This document shows, piece after piece, positions 25,736-35,263 of a stretch of 54,252 nucleotides of DNA; position 1 is the first letter of the stretch, and each line of letters opens with the position of its first letter. Source of the stretch: a virus (Duplodnaviria; Caudoviricetes). The stretch lies in the IMG/VR virus record IMGVR_UViG_3300021373_002055, positions 1 to 54,252 of that record; one strand, given 5' to 3'. The notes beneath the pieces were generated by a model. That model made no database searches, had not been told where the DNA came from, and saw nothing but the letters and a program-made list of their open reading frames with translations. Made by a program: the position numbers and the translations under genes.

Positions 25736-27204
25736 TATGCTATTCCTATGTTTTCGTATTGTTTTTCTTCAACTTTATTAAATGTGTATCTAGGGCGGCT
25801 CAAAGGTCGACTAATTAATAAATCAGTCATTTCGATAACTTTGTCTGCCATTTGCTTTGCGGTTAATCCATTATCCAAACAAAACTGTCTACCTCTTGCG
25901 CCTAATGCTAGTCTTGAAAATAAATCCATATCCCACCAATGATGCATAGCATCTGCTACATCTTCTGGTTGACATCTATCGTCAAATATATACGGTGTTG
26001 GCACACTTCCTTGTAATGATCTGTTGCTTGGAAATACTGGTTTAGCCCAAGCCCCATGTCTATTATATTTACCCATATGATTAGTTGGAAATTCTCCATC
26101 GAATCGTATCCATTCATCATTTTCATCTAGGAATCCACATTGGTCTTGAAGACCTCCGGTAACATTGTTTATGATAGGTGTTCCTGCTAGCATTGATTCT
26201 GTGCTACTTAGTCCCCAACCTTCATTGCTGGCTATATTCACAACTACATCGGCAACGTTATACATTGCATTAAGATCCTGTACAGAAAGTTTAGCTTCTG
26301 AAAACATTATTTTACAATCCGGAGCAATATTCTTTGCAACTGCTCTTAAATCAGTTCCGTTGCCATCAGTTGGCGTTGTGTGCATAAGCAGCATTGTTTT
26401 GCTTCGTTGTTGTGGCGTTAACTTGTCATTGAACATTTTAAATGCAAGTATCACATCACCTGGTTGTTTTCTTCTTATATTCCTATTATTCCAAAATACT
26501 ACAAAATCTGCGCCATTGGCTTCTTTTATTTGTTTGTGCATATTTTGATATTCGGGTTTATTTCGATCTAATGGTGTATATACATTTTCGTCTAATCCAT
26601 GTGGTACATATCCGGTAATGATACCTTTTTGATCTTTTTCTTCTGAATCATAGTCATATACCTCAAATCCATTCTGTTTAAGCACTTCTCTGTGTATATT
26701 GTCTGACTGCTTACTGATTCCCATAATCATATCGCAACTACCGTAAAATGGGGCGTTCCACATTGGATACGGGAGATCGTCCCAAATTGAAAGATATGAA
26801 ATAGGAGTACCATATGTAGTTTTAATTTCGTGCTCTAAAGCATATAACCATGTCCAATATCTTGGATCGGTAAAATGCATAATAACATCTGGCTTTTCTT
26901 GATTTAATATTGAGAATAGTACATTACGATCGCCATATCCTGTCCATGGAATAACTTTTACATCAGCATCCGTAACACCCGTCTCTTGAGCTACTTGTTG
27001 TGATACATCTTGACCCTTACCGTGATTGGGATGCTCAAGAGCTGCTCCTAGTTGCACCCAATCATAATGGTGAACTGTTTTCATGATTATTTCACGACTA
27101 ATAGTTCCAATACCACTTGGTAAACGAAAATCATCAGATAGTAATAATATTTTTTTCTTTGTTGGTTTGTTAGCTTCTACTGGTTGTAGCTTTGGTAACT
27201 TCAT
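25735..27204 (-). CDS. GT-B (family 4-like) glycosyltransferase
   Basis: SGIG, VPHG, NRNIRRK, EGWGLSSTE (EX7E). Confidence 0.85.
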   Translation of the reverse strand: MKLPKLQPVEANKPTKKKILLLSDDFRLPSGIGTISREIIMKTVHHYDWVQLGAALEHPNHGKGQDVSQQVAQETGVTDADVKVIPWTGYGDRNVLFSILNQEKPDVIMHFTDPRYWTWLYALEHEIKTTYGTPISYLSIWDDLPYPMWNAPFYGSCDMIMGISKQSDNIHREVLKQNGFEVYDYDSEEKDQKGIITGYVPHGLDENVYTPLDRNKPEYQNMHKQIKEANGADFVVFWNNRNIRRKQPGDVILAFKMFNDKLTPQQRSKTMLLMHTTPTDGNGTDLRAVAKNIAPDCKIMFSEAKLSVQDLNAMYNVADVVVNIASNEGWGLSSTESMLAGTPIINNVTGGLQDQCGFLDENDEWIRFDGEFPTNHMGKYNRHGAWAKPVFPSNRSLQGSVPTPYIFDDRCQPEDVADAMHHWWDMDLFSRLALGARGRQFCLDNGLTAKQMADKVIEMTDLLISRPLSRPRYTFNKVEEKQYENIGIA

Positions 27205-27226
27205 TTAAACTCCTTATAACTTTTAT

Positions 27227-27234
27227 ATAAATAT
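27227..27234 (-). promoter_or_regulatory. class B motif ATATTTAT
   Basis: upstream of TAAGGAG and ATG 27204. Confidence 0.5.
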
Positions 27235-27632
27235 CAGCCTAGTACAACTACCGGCTTTTTTTGTTTATTAATATTTGTATATGCTGTTTTTAAAAATGGA
27301 TCCATTTTATCTTCGTTAGTCATTATGATCATATAATCACAATTTTCTGCAATGAGTTTCATTCTGTGATGCAATTGACTGAAATGATATGATTTACCAT
27401 AATATGTTTTAGGCATTGCTGAGTATAAGTTATACCCTGAATAAGACGGATTATATTCTTTATATGACATTCCAAATTCTAATGCATATTTTCTAACCAT
27501 ATGATTTGCGCCTTCGGCACCACCAGCACCTATAATTGTAACATTTTCATATTTAGTTTTTAACTCCCGCAATGCTTCTTGAACTTTGCGTCTGTTCTGC
27601 CAATGTTTATTTCCTATCAATGCAACTTTCAT
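27234..27632 (-). CDS. SLOG-superfamily (YspA/DUF2493-like) protein
   Basis: MKVALIG, IIGAGGAEGAN, ..RMKLIAENCD, KKPVVV. Confidence 0.7.
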   Translation of the reverse strand: MKVALIGNKHWQNRRKVQEALRELKTKYENVTIIGAGGAEGANHMVRKYALEFGMSYKEYNPSYSGYNLYSAMPKTYYGKSYHFSQLHHRMKLIAENCDYMIIMTNEDKMDPFLKTAYTNINKQKKPVVVLG

Positions 27633-28591
27633 TCTCGTATTCTATTTTCTTTAGGACAATTAACATAGTCTGTCTTGAACGGGCACCATTTACAATTCTT
27701 TGCACCTTTGCCTGCTAATGCTAAATATTTACGGTCTGCATTTTTATTGCCCTCGCCATCAAAGCACTCTTCGATAAATGTATCAATTCGCTTCTGCACT
27801 TTCTTTTGTGTAACTGTGCCAGAAGATGGTCTATGTTGTTGTATTCGTTTCTGTGGGAACATTGAGTTTTCCATTAGCTTTCGTTTAACTATGAAAAATT
27901 CTACATTAATATTTTCTTTAGGTATTCCATACTGATCAGAAAAATAATTTTTATATGTAACCAATTGAGCTGATTTTAATGAGTCGGCTTTTTGATATTT
28001 ATTCCATCCCATTCTGCTTGTTTTAATATCAATAATATCAATAGTATTAGTAGGTTTATGTCGTATAACTAAATCCATAAAGCCATACCAATATACTGAC
28101 TCATTTTTTGTAGATGCTTGTGTACATAATTCCATTTCAATACCTAATAATTCGTAGTCACGACTTGAAAAGTATTGGCCTCTTCTTTTCTTAAACCATT
28201 CTAATATAGCTACACCATCTTGATGATACTCTGCTAATTGTAATGGATTCGAAAAATGTTCTCCGTCTTTATCAGAAACACATTTGCTATATTCAGTTTT
28301 AATATTATCCATTAACAATGCTGACAAATCTATACTATCAGCTCTTTTAACAGAATCGGTATACATAACCGTTAAATAATGTTGAAACGTTTCGTGAAAT
28401 GCCGTACCAAATACAGTTTCTATAGAAGAAGTAAATGGAGCTAATCCATCTATATATGCAAGTTTCCAATTCAATGGACAACGCTCATACATACTCCATT
28501 GAGAATATGATATTCTTCTAGGCACCGACTTAGGGTCTCGTACTGCTAGTTTATATATTGGACTAATATAGTTTACGCTTTCCTTACTCAT
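27629..28591 (-). CDS. PD-(D/E)XK exonuclease (RecB/Cas4-like)
   Basis: ISYSQ...CP, FGTAFHE, GFMDLV, IIDIKT, QLVTY, CKWCPF....C. Confidence 0.85.
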   Translation of the reverse strand: MSKESVNYISPIYKLAVRDPKSVPRRISYSQWSMYERCPLNWKLAYIDGLAPFTSSIETVFGTAFHETFQHYLTVMYTDSVKRADSIDLSALLMDNIKTEYSKCVSDKDGEHFSNPLQLAEYHQDGVAILEWFKKRRGQYFSSRDYELLGIEMELCTQASTKNESVYWYGFMDLVIRHKPTNTIDIIDIKTSRMGWNKYQKADSLKSAQLVTYKNYFSDQYGIPKENINVEFFIVKRKLMENSMFPQKRIQQHRPSSGTVTQKKVQKRIDTFIEECFDGEGNKNADRKYLALAGKGAKNCKWCPFKTDYVNCPKENRIRE

Positions 28592-28607
28592 TACACGTTT
28601 TATTTAT

Positions 28608-28636
28608 AATATAAGGAAATTATTAGTATATACCAA
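28608..28636 (-). promoter_or_regulatory. class A promoter candidate TTGGTA-N17-TATATT
   Basis: 17-nt spacing upstream of the exonuclease. Confidence 0.55.
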
Positions 28637-28654
28637 ATTCTATTCAGATATAAT

Positions 28655-29128
28655 TTATGATTTTTTCTTGAACTTAATCGGCCATTTCCATCCGACATTA
28701 AGCACATGTATATATTCACCTCGACCGGATTGACCTGTACCCATTTCGGCACAAAAAGTAAAGAATCCTAAATCATCGATTTTAATGTGATACTGTGCAT
28801 ATAGCATAGCTGGTCTAAATCTCACACCTAATATGATACTAGCATTTTCAATACCACCCATATCATAATAAGATCCTAAACCTATTTTTGCAGTCCATAT
28901 ATCGGGAAAAGAAACACCTGCTGATATGTCAATTAAACTATAATCACCAAAATCTGATGTTCGGCCGATGCATAGTGAAGTAAATGGAAGATTACTAACC
29001 TCCCAATCATCAATAACACCTATACCGGTATTTGCTTCTACGTATATTTGATTATCCGGACGAAATTGTCTTGTTTGTCCTAGGAGGAGGGTAGGGGCTA
29101 GTAGTAATACTAATAGTATGCGTTTCAT
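28655..29128 (-). CDS. exported protein, probable small outer-membrane beta-barrel
   Basis: signal peptide (LLLG|Q), amphipathic strands, terminal LNVGWKWPI; ATATTTAT at 29177-29184 upstream. Confidence 0.6.
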   Translation of the reverse strand: MKRILLVLLLAPTLLLGQTRQFRPDNQIYVEANTGIGVIDDWEVSNLPFTSLCIGRTSDFGDYSLIDISAGVSFPDIWTAKIGLGSYYDMGGIENASIILGVRFRPAMLYAQYHIKIDDLGFFTFCAEMGTGQSGRGEYIHVLNVGWKWPIKFKKKS

Positions 29129-29210
29129 ATCTATATCTCTTTGTCATATTTAATGTAAATTAGTTGTAAATTTATTATAAATATAGAACTCTAACGCATT
29201 CCATTAACAA

Positions 29211-29444
29211 TTATTGAAATTCTTTTAGATAGATATCGATTACGTCTTTTGTTTTTTGTAAATCCTGTTCAAATTTGCCTTTTCGTCGGCATCTTACAAT
29301 TCGTTTAAGTATGTCAAATTCATATGCATTAAGCTCCCACTCAGTTGCAAATTTATATAAACTGTCTTTGCCTGTATAATGTTTCTGTGTGTGTATTGTG
29401 TCACCTTCGAAATCAATTGTTTCGCCTTGCTTATTTACAAACAT
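29211..29444 (-). CDS. DUF3310-like small protein
   Basis: KHY...ILKRIVRCRRKG...QDLQK pattern resembles P.HY...N..KY..R...K....DL.KA. Confidence 0.6.
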   Translation of the reverse strand: MFVNKQGETIDFEGDTIHTQKHYTGKDSLYKFATEWELNAYEFDILKRIVRCRRKGKFEQDLQKTKDVIDIYLKEFQ

Positions 29445-29876
29445 TTACTTTATTCCTTTCATCATTTTTTTCTTCTCTGCTGCAGTATACCCATATAATG
29501 ATAGTATACGATCACAAGAATCTTTATTCAACAATTCTAAATATTCAGTAGATTCACTTTTGCTTACCTGATAATGATCTGCTAATTGCGTAATTAATTT
29601 TGGGTCATACTTATCAGACTTTTTGCCTTTAACATATTTTGCAAATGCTTTGTTATTAGGAAGCAGATCATGATACAATTTATATGTGTCTCTGGGTTTC
29701 AACTGGCCTATAGTATAGCATTGAAGTTCATTGACAAGATCCGTTAACTCCATTCTCATTGATAGCCAACGATTCACAATAAATGGAGAGAACTTTTTTT
29801 GCTCTACATCAGTCCATTTATTCCAAGCTTTCTTTTTGCTTGTTATACCTCCAATAAAATCAAATATTGTTGCCAT
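29445..29876 (-). CDS. clamp loader small subunit (T4 gp62-like)
   Basis: PFIVNRWLSM, FAKYVK, LADHYQVS; near large subunit and clamp. Confidence 0.75.
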   Translation of the reverse strand: MATIFDFIGGITSKKKAWNKWTDVEQKKFSPFIVNRWLSMRMELTDLVNELQCYTIGQLKPRDTYKLYHDLLPNNKAFAKYVKGKKSDKYDPKLITQLADHYQVSKSESTEYLELLNKDSCDRILSLYGYTAAEKKKMMKGIK

Positions 29877-30091
29877 TATAAATTATATTTTTTTCGCCAT
29901 TTAGCTTCAAAATCCGGACCCATTCCCATTTCTAATATTATAGCATTTTCTGGGATACCAACCAATTTTTTTGCTGTTAATATATCATCGATACTCTTAC
30001 GTTTATATGTTTTAATTTTTGTCTTTGCATTGCTGCGATTACTTGTTTTAAAAACTAGAGTAATTGTTCCCTTTAAGATCTTATCTGCCAT
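29876..30091 (-). CDS. hypothetical protein
   Basis: 71 aa basic ORF, TAATG-coupled. Confidence 0.6.
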   Translation of the reverse strand: MADKILKGTITLVFKTSNRSNAKTKIKTYKRKSIDDILTAKKLVGIPENAIILEMGMGPDFEAKWRKKYNL

Positions 30092-30219
30092 AATCTTTTT
30101 ATTATTAATTTAGGTTTAAACTGTATTAAACTTTCATGATTTGCTACAATTATATCAATTAGATTAATATGAGCAAAATGATCTGGACATAGTCCTATTA
30201 CATGTAATACTTCGTGCAT
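30073..30219 (-). CDS. small hypothetical protein
   Basis: MHEVLHVIGLCPDHFAH; start 30219 immediately after upstream stop. Confidence 0.5.
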   Translation of the reverse strand: MHEVLHVIGLCPDHFAHINLIDIIVANHESLIQFKPKLIIKRLWQIRS

Positions 30220-30220
30220 A

Positions 30221-30400
30221 TTATTGATTTGCGTGTTCCAATTGATTTTCATTGAATATATGTAATAATCCAAATTCATCCATTTCTCCTACAATTCGAA
30301 TATCTCCTTTAAGGGTTTGAAATACTCCTACTATAGTACATGGAAATGCATATCCTTTTGGTTTTACTGCTTTGTCGCCAACTTTAAATTTACTTTTCAT
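30221..30400 (-). CDS. SH3-fold small protein resembling type B (R67) dihydrofolate reductase
   Basis: FKVGDKAVKPKGYAFPCTIVGVF...LLHIFNENQLE aligns by eye to [23 protein letters not shown]...SVQIYPVAALE. Confidence 0.45.
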   Translation of the reverse strand: MKSKFKVGDKAVKPKGYAFPCTIVGVFQTLKGDIRIVGEMDEFGLLHIFNENQLEHANQ

Positions 30401-30407
30401 TTTAACC

Positions 30408-31334
30408 TTATATTTCATTCATAATATTAACAAACATAGCCATTATGTTTATTTCTTTGTCTACCACCGTAGCATCTTTAAACTGTGCTTCTGCAATAAT
30501 CAATATAATTGCAGCAATATGACCTGTAGCAAACTCTTCTAAATTATCATATAAAAATGTATATAAAGGTGTAAAGTCTTTTACTTTGCTATCTGCAATA
30601 CATTGTCGTATTTTATTAAAGGTTGCTTTTTTGTCTTTAGCTGTTTTAAGCATTTCCAATACCTCGGTCATATAATTTGCTTGTATTGCACTAGCTTTGT
30701 CTAATTGCAACACACCATCTACCACTGAAGCTTGAGCAGCATTGATTGCTCTTCGTATATCCGGATATGATGCATTGATAATTGCTGCAATATCCTGAAT
30801 GTCGTATGTAACCCCTTTTTGTTCTAACACCGTAACTAATCGCTTTGCCACATCTGTTTTATTAGGAGGTGTTATTGCAAATGTCTGACATCTGCTTTGT
30901 ATTGGGTCGATAATCTTTTCTACATAATTACATGTTAATATGAATCGAGTAGTTTTGCTATATGTTTCCATTAGGTTTCGCAGAGCTGCTTGAGCATTAG
31001 GTGTCAAATAGTCTGCTTCATCTAATATCACAATCTTCCAACGTTTAAATCCTACAGTTGATGCATAACGCTTAATCTTGTCTCGAACTGCATCTACTGA
31101 GTTTTCGTCTGATGCGTTAATATACATCATATCAGCATCCACACTACCAGCAATAATTTTTGCTAAAGTTGTCTTACCGGTTCCAGCTGGTCCAAAGAAT
31201 AACAAATGCGGAACATCCCCATTCTTAATGAATATCTTGACTTTGTCAATAATATGCTCATTACCAATATATCCATCCATTGTGTCTGGGCGGAAGGATT
31301 CTACCCATAATGTATTTTCTGTTACTCCAAACAT
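30408..31334 (-). CDS. clamp loader large subunit (RFC/T4 gp44-like AAA+)
   Basis: LWVESFRP, GPAGTGKT, INASD, ILDEAD, QSRC. Confidence 0.92.
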   Translation of the reverse strand: MFGVTENTLWVESFRPDTMDGYIGNEHIIDKVKIFIKNGDVPHLLFFGPAGTGKTTLAKIIAGSVDADMMYINASDENSVDAVRDKIKRYASTVGFKRWKIVILDEADYLTPNAQAALRNLMETYSKTTRFILTCNYVEKIIDPIQSRCQTFAITPPNKTDVAKRLVTVLEQKGVTYDIQDIAAIINASYPDIRRAINAAQASVVDGVLQLDKASAIQANYMTEVLEMLKTAKDKKATFNKIRQCIADSKVKDFTPLYTFLYDNLEEFATGHIAAIILIIAEAQFKDATVVDKEINIMAMFVNIMNEI

Positions 31335-31341
31335 AATTTAT

Positions 31342-31773
31342 TTATTTATTACCTGTTGATCCAAATCCGTGTTCGCCTCGTTTAGTACCTGTTAGACTTG
31401 TTACTGGATTCCATTCTATTCGTTCTACTTTGTTCATTACCAATTGACCAATTCTTTCTCCTTTTTGCAAAAAGACTTGTTCTTTTCCATGATTAATCAA
31501 GATTACTCCTATTTCTCCTCTATAATCTGCATCTATTGTGCCAGGACTATTCAATACGGTTATTCCTTTAGACAAAGCCAATCCGCTTCTAGGTCTAACT
31601 TGAATTTCATAGCCAATTGGAATTTCAACGGATAATCCTGTTTTAACTAACAATTTATCACCCGGATTGATAGTGGCATCATGATTAGATCTTATATCAC
31701 AACCAGCCGCAGCTGCGGTTTCTGCCATTGGCAATTTAATGCCAGCGTCTTTTACTACTACGTTAACTTGCAT
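31342..31773 (-). CDS. dut: trimeric dUTPase
   Basis: AGCD, PRSGLA, GTIDADYRGE, RIGQL, RGEHGFGSTG. Confidence 0.95.
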   Translation of the reverse strand: MQVNVVVKDAGIKLPMAETAAAAGCDIRSNHDATINPGDKLLVKTGLSVEIPIGYEIQVRPRSGLALSKGITVLNSPGTIDADYRGEIGVILINHGKEQVFLQKGERIGQLVMNKVERIEWNPVTSLTGTKRGEHGFGSTGNK

Positions 31774-31774
31774 A

Positions 31775-32485
31775 TTAATTTTGTAATTGTACTAACCAAT
31801 AATTGGACTCAAAATCACTACCATCAAAGTCAATTCTTGATAATCCTTGACTCGAAACATGCATTGTACCTTTGTCGCCTTTATTAGCAACTAATACTTC
31901 CTTGAGCTTATCAGCACTAAAACATATTGGCTCTAAATCACCTTCAGAAGTCGTACCAACAGAAAATGTAATGTTGTCTGAATTAACGGTTGAATAGTTA
32001 ATAATAAATTTAATTTCTCCATTGACTACTTGCACTGCAAAATTCTTAGCATCTGGTAATGCATTTTTTGCTTTGATAAATTTTGTCACAAATTCATCGT
32101 CTATTGGCAGAGTCACTTCATATGGTGGCTCAGCATTGATAGCGGGAACTGCAGGAATAACGGTTGTGTCTGCTAACATGAAAGTTGCTTTAGTGCTCCC
32201 TTCGCTAATCTTCATAGCATAGTTTTTACCGGCAGCATCTTGTACATCTATATTGATGTTTTCGCCAACTGCAGACAACATTTTCATCAATGCTCCTGTA
32301 TGATTGATACCCAATTCTCCCTTCATAAAAGGAGTCGTTTTCCATTGCAGTTTCCCAACCACAGTTTGATCCATGTCGATAAGTTCACAACCTACCCCTG
32401 TTTCATTTTCTTTTAATATTACCGCTTCGCAATTACCTGCAAGATAATAACGATTGATAAATGATTGTAATTTACTTTTTTCCAT
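31775..32485 (-). CDS. sliding clamp (T4 gp45/PCNA-like)
   Basis: 236 aa two-domain alpha/beta pattern ending SNYWLV; next to the clamp loader. Confidence 0.7.
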   Translation of the reverse strand: MEKSKLQSFINRYYLAGNCEAVILKENETGVGCELIDMDQTVVGKLQWKTTPFMKGELGINHTGALMKMLSAVGENINIDVQDAAGKNYAMKISEGSTKATFMLADTTVIPAVPAINAEPPYEVTLPIDDEFVTKFIKAKNALPDAKNFAVQVVNGEIKFIINYSTVNSDNITFSVGTTSEGDLEPICFSADKLKEVLVANKGDKGTMHVSSQGLSRIDFDGSDFESNYWLVQLQN

Positions 32486-32497
32486 TGTATAACCTAA

Positions 32498-33754
32498 TTA
32501 AAATTTAAAAAATTTCTCGAATTGTTTAGCATCGGTAGTTGATATACTATCTCCACCAAATTTCTTGTATGTCTTTTTATATGTTGCATATACATTCATT
32601 GCATTGTCTGGATCTGCGAACATTTCGTGTAATGATAGTATAACATTAAATAATTCCTTTGGAATAGCCGTTTCTAATAATTCAACATGATTATGTGTCA
32701 ATTTATTAATGTCTTTAACAATTTCACAATACAGATGCGTATTATGAACTACCATTCGGGGCATTCCTTCTTGTGAATATCTGTCTAACCCAGTTGCTGT
32801 CTGTCCTCCTAAGTATTCATATGTAAAGTCTTTACATGCTGGGCAGTCAATACTACAAGGAACATGTTTAGTTTTGTCAATGCTTATTTCACCGTCTTTG
32901 CCTTGTTTAACATGAGTCTTTCTGCGATACTCAGCATTCTTTGGAAAATACAATTCAGTGAATGTCTGTGTCTTATAGTTGCCAGAATGAAGATATGTTC
33001 CAAATACTGGATATTGACCTGGTGAAGATGAGTCAGACATCAATTGTATGCGATTGTCTGTCAGTTTATTCAATAACTCTTGCAAGGTTGCTAATATAAA
33101 GAAATCTGATATTTTGCTTATTCCTAGCAAATGCACATATTCTACATGTTTCTTTTCAAATTCTCGTTCTTGAAGCATTAGTGCAATTACATACATAAAG
33201 TCTACTAATTTTTTAGGACCTCCTATACACCAACCTTTAAAGTCAAAGTCTTTGAACTTGTGATACCATTCTTTATATTCCTCACTAAATGTACCTTGAA
33301 TAACATTTAAGAATTTTGTCTTACCACTTTGATTTTTTTCAAACCATTTAAAATTGTCAAATGATATATCCATTGAGTCTTGAAATCTATTTTCAAATGT
33401 AACTCTAGGTGGTATATCTAAGTTTGCGGCTACATCACTATTAGCTTCTAACCAATGAAATATTTTTTCACGAATTGTGCTATCCCATTTAAGAGCACCA
33501 GTAGCAATCTGGAATCCTCCTGAGTCGCCAAATACAAATGTTTCGTCATCTAATCCCAATTGGTCACGAAAATCCATTTTCTTGTAATGATGTCCTGCTG
33601 TTACCAAAAAATATGGATGTCTCCACTTTTCGGGGTATTCTTTTGCAAAGAATCGCATTGTAGTGCCATCTTCAAATTTAGTATCCTTTTTAAATGCAGA
33701 TACCATGCTACCCGCAGATAATGACGGTATATATAAAAACTCTTTTCTATCCAT
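32498..33754 (-). CDS. dpdA: TGT-family transglycosylase, probable DNA 7-deazaguanine insertase (DpdA-type)
   Basis: DSGGFQ, LDIPP, NVIQG, WCIGG, HLLG, DSSS, CxxxCPAC...HN zinc site; context of folE/queD/queE and replisome. Confidence 0.8.
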   Translation of the reverse strand: MDRKEFLYIPSLSAGSMVSAFKKDTKFEDGTTMRFFAKEYPEKWRHPYFLVTAGHHYKKMDFRDQLGLDDETFVFGDSGGFQIATGALKWDSTIREKIFHWLEANSDVAANLDIPPRVTFENRFQDSMDISFDNFKWFEKNQSGKTKFLNVIQGTFSEEYKEWYHKFKDFDFKGWCIGGPKKLVDFMYVIALMLQEREFEKKHVEYVHLLGISKISDFFILATLQELLNKLTDNRIQLMSDSSSPGQYPVFGTYLHSGNYKTQTFTELYFPKNAEYRRKTHVKQGKDGEISIDKTKHVPCSIDCPACKDFTYEYLGGQTATGLDRYSQEGMPRMVVHNTHLYCEIVKDINKLTHNHVELLETAIPKELFNVILSLHEMFADPDNAMNVYATYKKTYKKFGGDSISTTDAKQFEKFFKF

Positions 33755-34922
33755 TCTGTTCCTGTTCTAATAAATGTTTACAATATGCTTCTTCATGCCA
33801 CACATTGATTTCTTTGTCATAGTCATTTGCTATAATATAACCTTCCATCTGTCGACCTAAGTCTGATACAATTGGAAATCTCATAGTTTGAAAGTTATTG
33901 CCTCGTTCAATAACATGATCAAATGTCTTTAAGCAGTCATTGACATCAAATGGTTGATATAGTTTGTCTTGTGGTATAAATTCCGGGAATGATCTAAAAT
34001 TAGGATATACAACATCACAACCAAACAGAGTAGCTTCTAGCACTGTCCAAGAGACATAGTCTTGTAAAGCTGAATTAAATTGTATACGAGCCGTGGATAA
34101 TTGTTCGTAATATTCTTGTTTAGTTAAGTTATGCATACAAACAAATCTAGGTTGACGTTTTTCTAGCTCATGCATTGCTCCCAATACCCCCGGCAACGAA
34201 GATTTAAATTCTTTACCAGATGTGGTAACGTGCCATGTCCAATTAGGATTATCTGCTAAAAATGCTTCTGCTACTTCAAGCATAAAAAACGGATTCTTTT
34301 CTTTGTCTAATCTACTAGAATATACAACAGTATTTTGTCGTTGATCTAATGGATTGTACTTTGGATTCTTATCTAATGCCATTTCTGCATGTAATGGAAG
34401 TGAAACAACGTGTATTGGTGCTTCAAATCCTGCTTGTCTGAGTTGTTCTTTATGAATAGTAGAACCTACAAATATTCCTGTCATTCGTTTGTCTAATCCT
34501 AATTCAAAACCACGCATCCATGAACGCATTGGATACACAAAGTCATATTCGTCTACACTTTGTGCGTGAAGCATTGAATAAAATTTCAAATCAATACCAT
34601 ACAAGTCAATCGCATATAATATAGACTCAATACCCGGATGCCAATAGTCTTGAAGAAATATGATATCGCCATCGTTTACTTCTCCACGATTAAGCATATC
34701 TAAAAAGTTAGCACATTGACTCATTGCAAATTTGCCTCTGCCTACGGCGTCGAGTACTACTCCAATCTTTATTTGCTGATCGGGGTCAAACTCTCCTTCA
34801 ACGTCTATAAACTCTAATTGATCTGCATATGGCTTGAAAGTAGCCGGCATCCATTCTTTTGATAGCTGATATGTATATCTAGCTTTTAGCGGCTCTAGGC
34901 CAAAATAAAATAATTTTCTCAT
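33747..34922 (-). CDS. GT-B fold glycosyltransferase inside the DNA-modification operon
   Basis: VYSSRLDKEKNP, QDYVSWTVLEATLFGCDVVYP, SFPE; start MRKLF at 34922 by ATGA overlap. Confidence 0.75.
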   Translation of the reverse strand: MRKLFYFGLEPLKARYTYQLSKEWMPATFKPYADQLEFIDVEGEFDPDQQIKIGVVLDAVGRGKFAMSQCANFLDMLNRGEVNDGDIIFLQDYWHPGIESILYAIDLYGIDLKFYSMLHAQSVDEYDFVYPMRSWMRGFELGLDKRMTGIFVGSTIHKEQLRQAGFEAPIHVVSLPLHAEMALDKNPKYNPLDQRQNTVVYSSRLDKEKNPFFMLEVAEAFLADNPNWTWHVTTSGKEFKSSLPGVLGAMHELEKRQPRFVCMHNLTKQEYYEQLSTARIQFNSALQDYVSWTVLEATLFGCDVVYPNFRSFPEFIPQDKLYQPFDVNDCLKTFDHVIERGNNFQTMRFPIVSDLGRQMEGYIIANDYDKEINVWHEEAYCKHLLEQEQNG

Positions 34923-35263
34923 CTTTCTATTATTGCTCCGTTTTCCCAATCTTCCCATACTTCTACTTTATATAGATAACCAGGATTATTATTTAATATC
35001 CATTCTCCAATGTCTTCACAACTCATTCTACCAAATTCTAATATATTACCACCAAAATTAGTTCTTAATTGTTTTTTTAATCTTCGCTGCATTAAGATAA
35101 ACTCTTCATCTCTATCTGTATGACTTACTTTTGCATAACAACGAAATCCAAATTGATGTCTATGTCTATCTGATAAAAATGCTACTTCTTGTAACACTTC
35201 GTTAGCTTCTGGCCAACTATGAAATCCTTCTGCGGTAAATGATACTACTACACTATATTTCAT
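34919..35263 (-). CDS. QueD-paralogous T-fold protein (DpdL-like)
   Basis: EGFHSWP, LSDRHRHQF, DRDEEF, SCEDI, VEVWEDWENGA. Confidence 0.7.
   Translation of the reverse strand: MKYSVVVSFTAEGFHSWPEANEVLQEVAFLSDRHRHQFGFRCYAKVSHTDRDEEFILMQRRLKKQLRTNFGGNILEFGRMSCEDIGEWILNNNPGYLYKVEVWEDWENGAIIER

Noticed and set aside
27629-28591. Cas4-like nuclease as evidence of a CRISPR-Cas system
   Set aside because: No cas1/cas2 or array; solo PD-(D/E)XK exonucleases are common in phage replication modules
32498-33754. Ordinary tRNA-guanine transglycosylase (tgt)
   Set aside because: Lacks the bacterial Tgt N-terminal TPxFMPVGT pattern and is embedded in the replisome operon; DNA-acting role preferred but not proven
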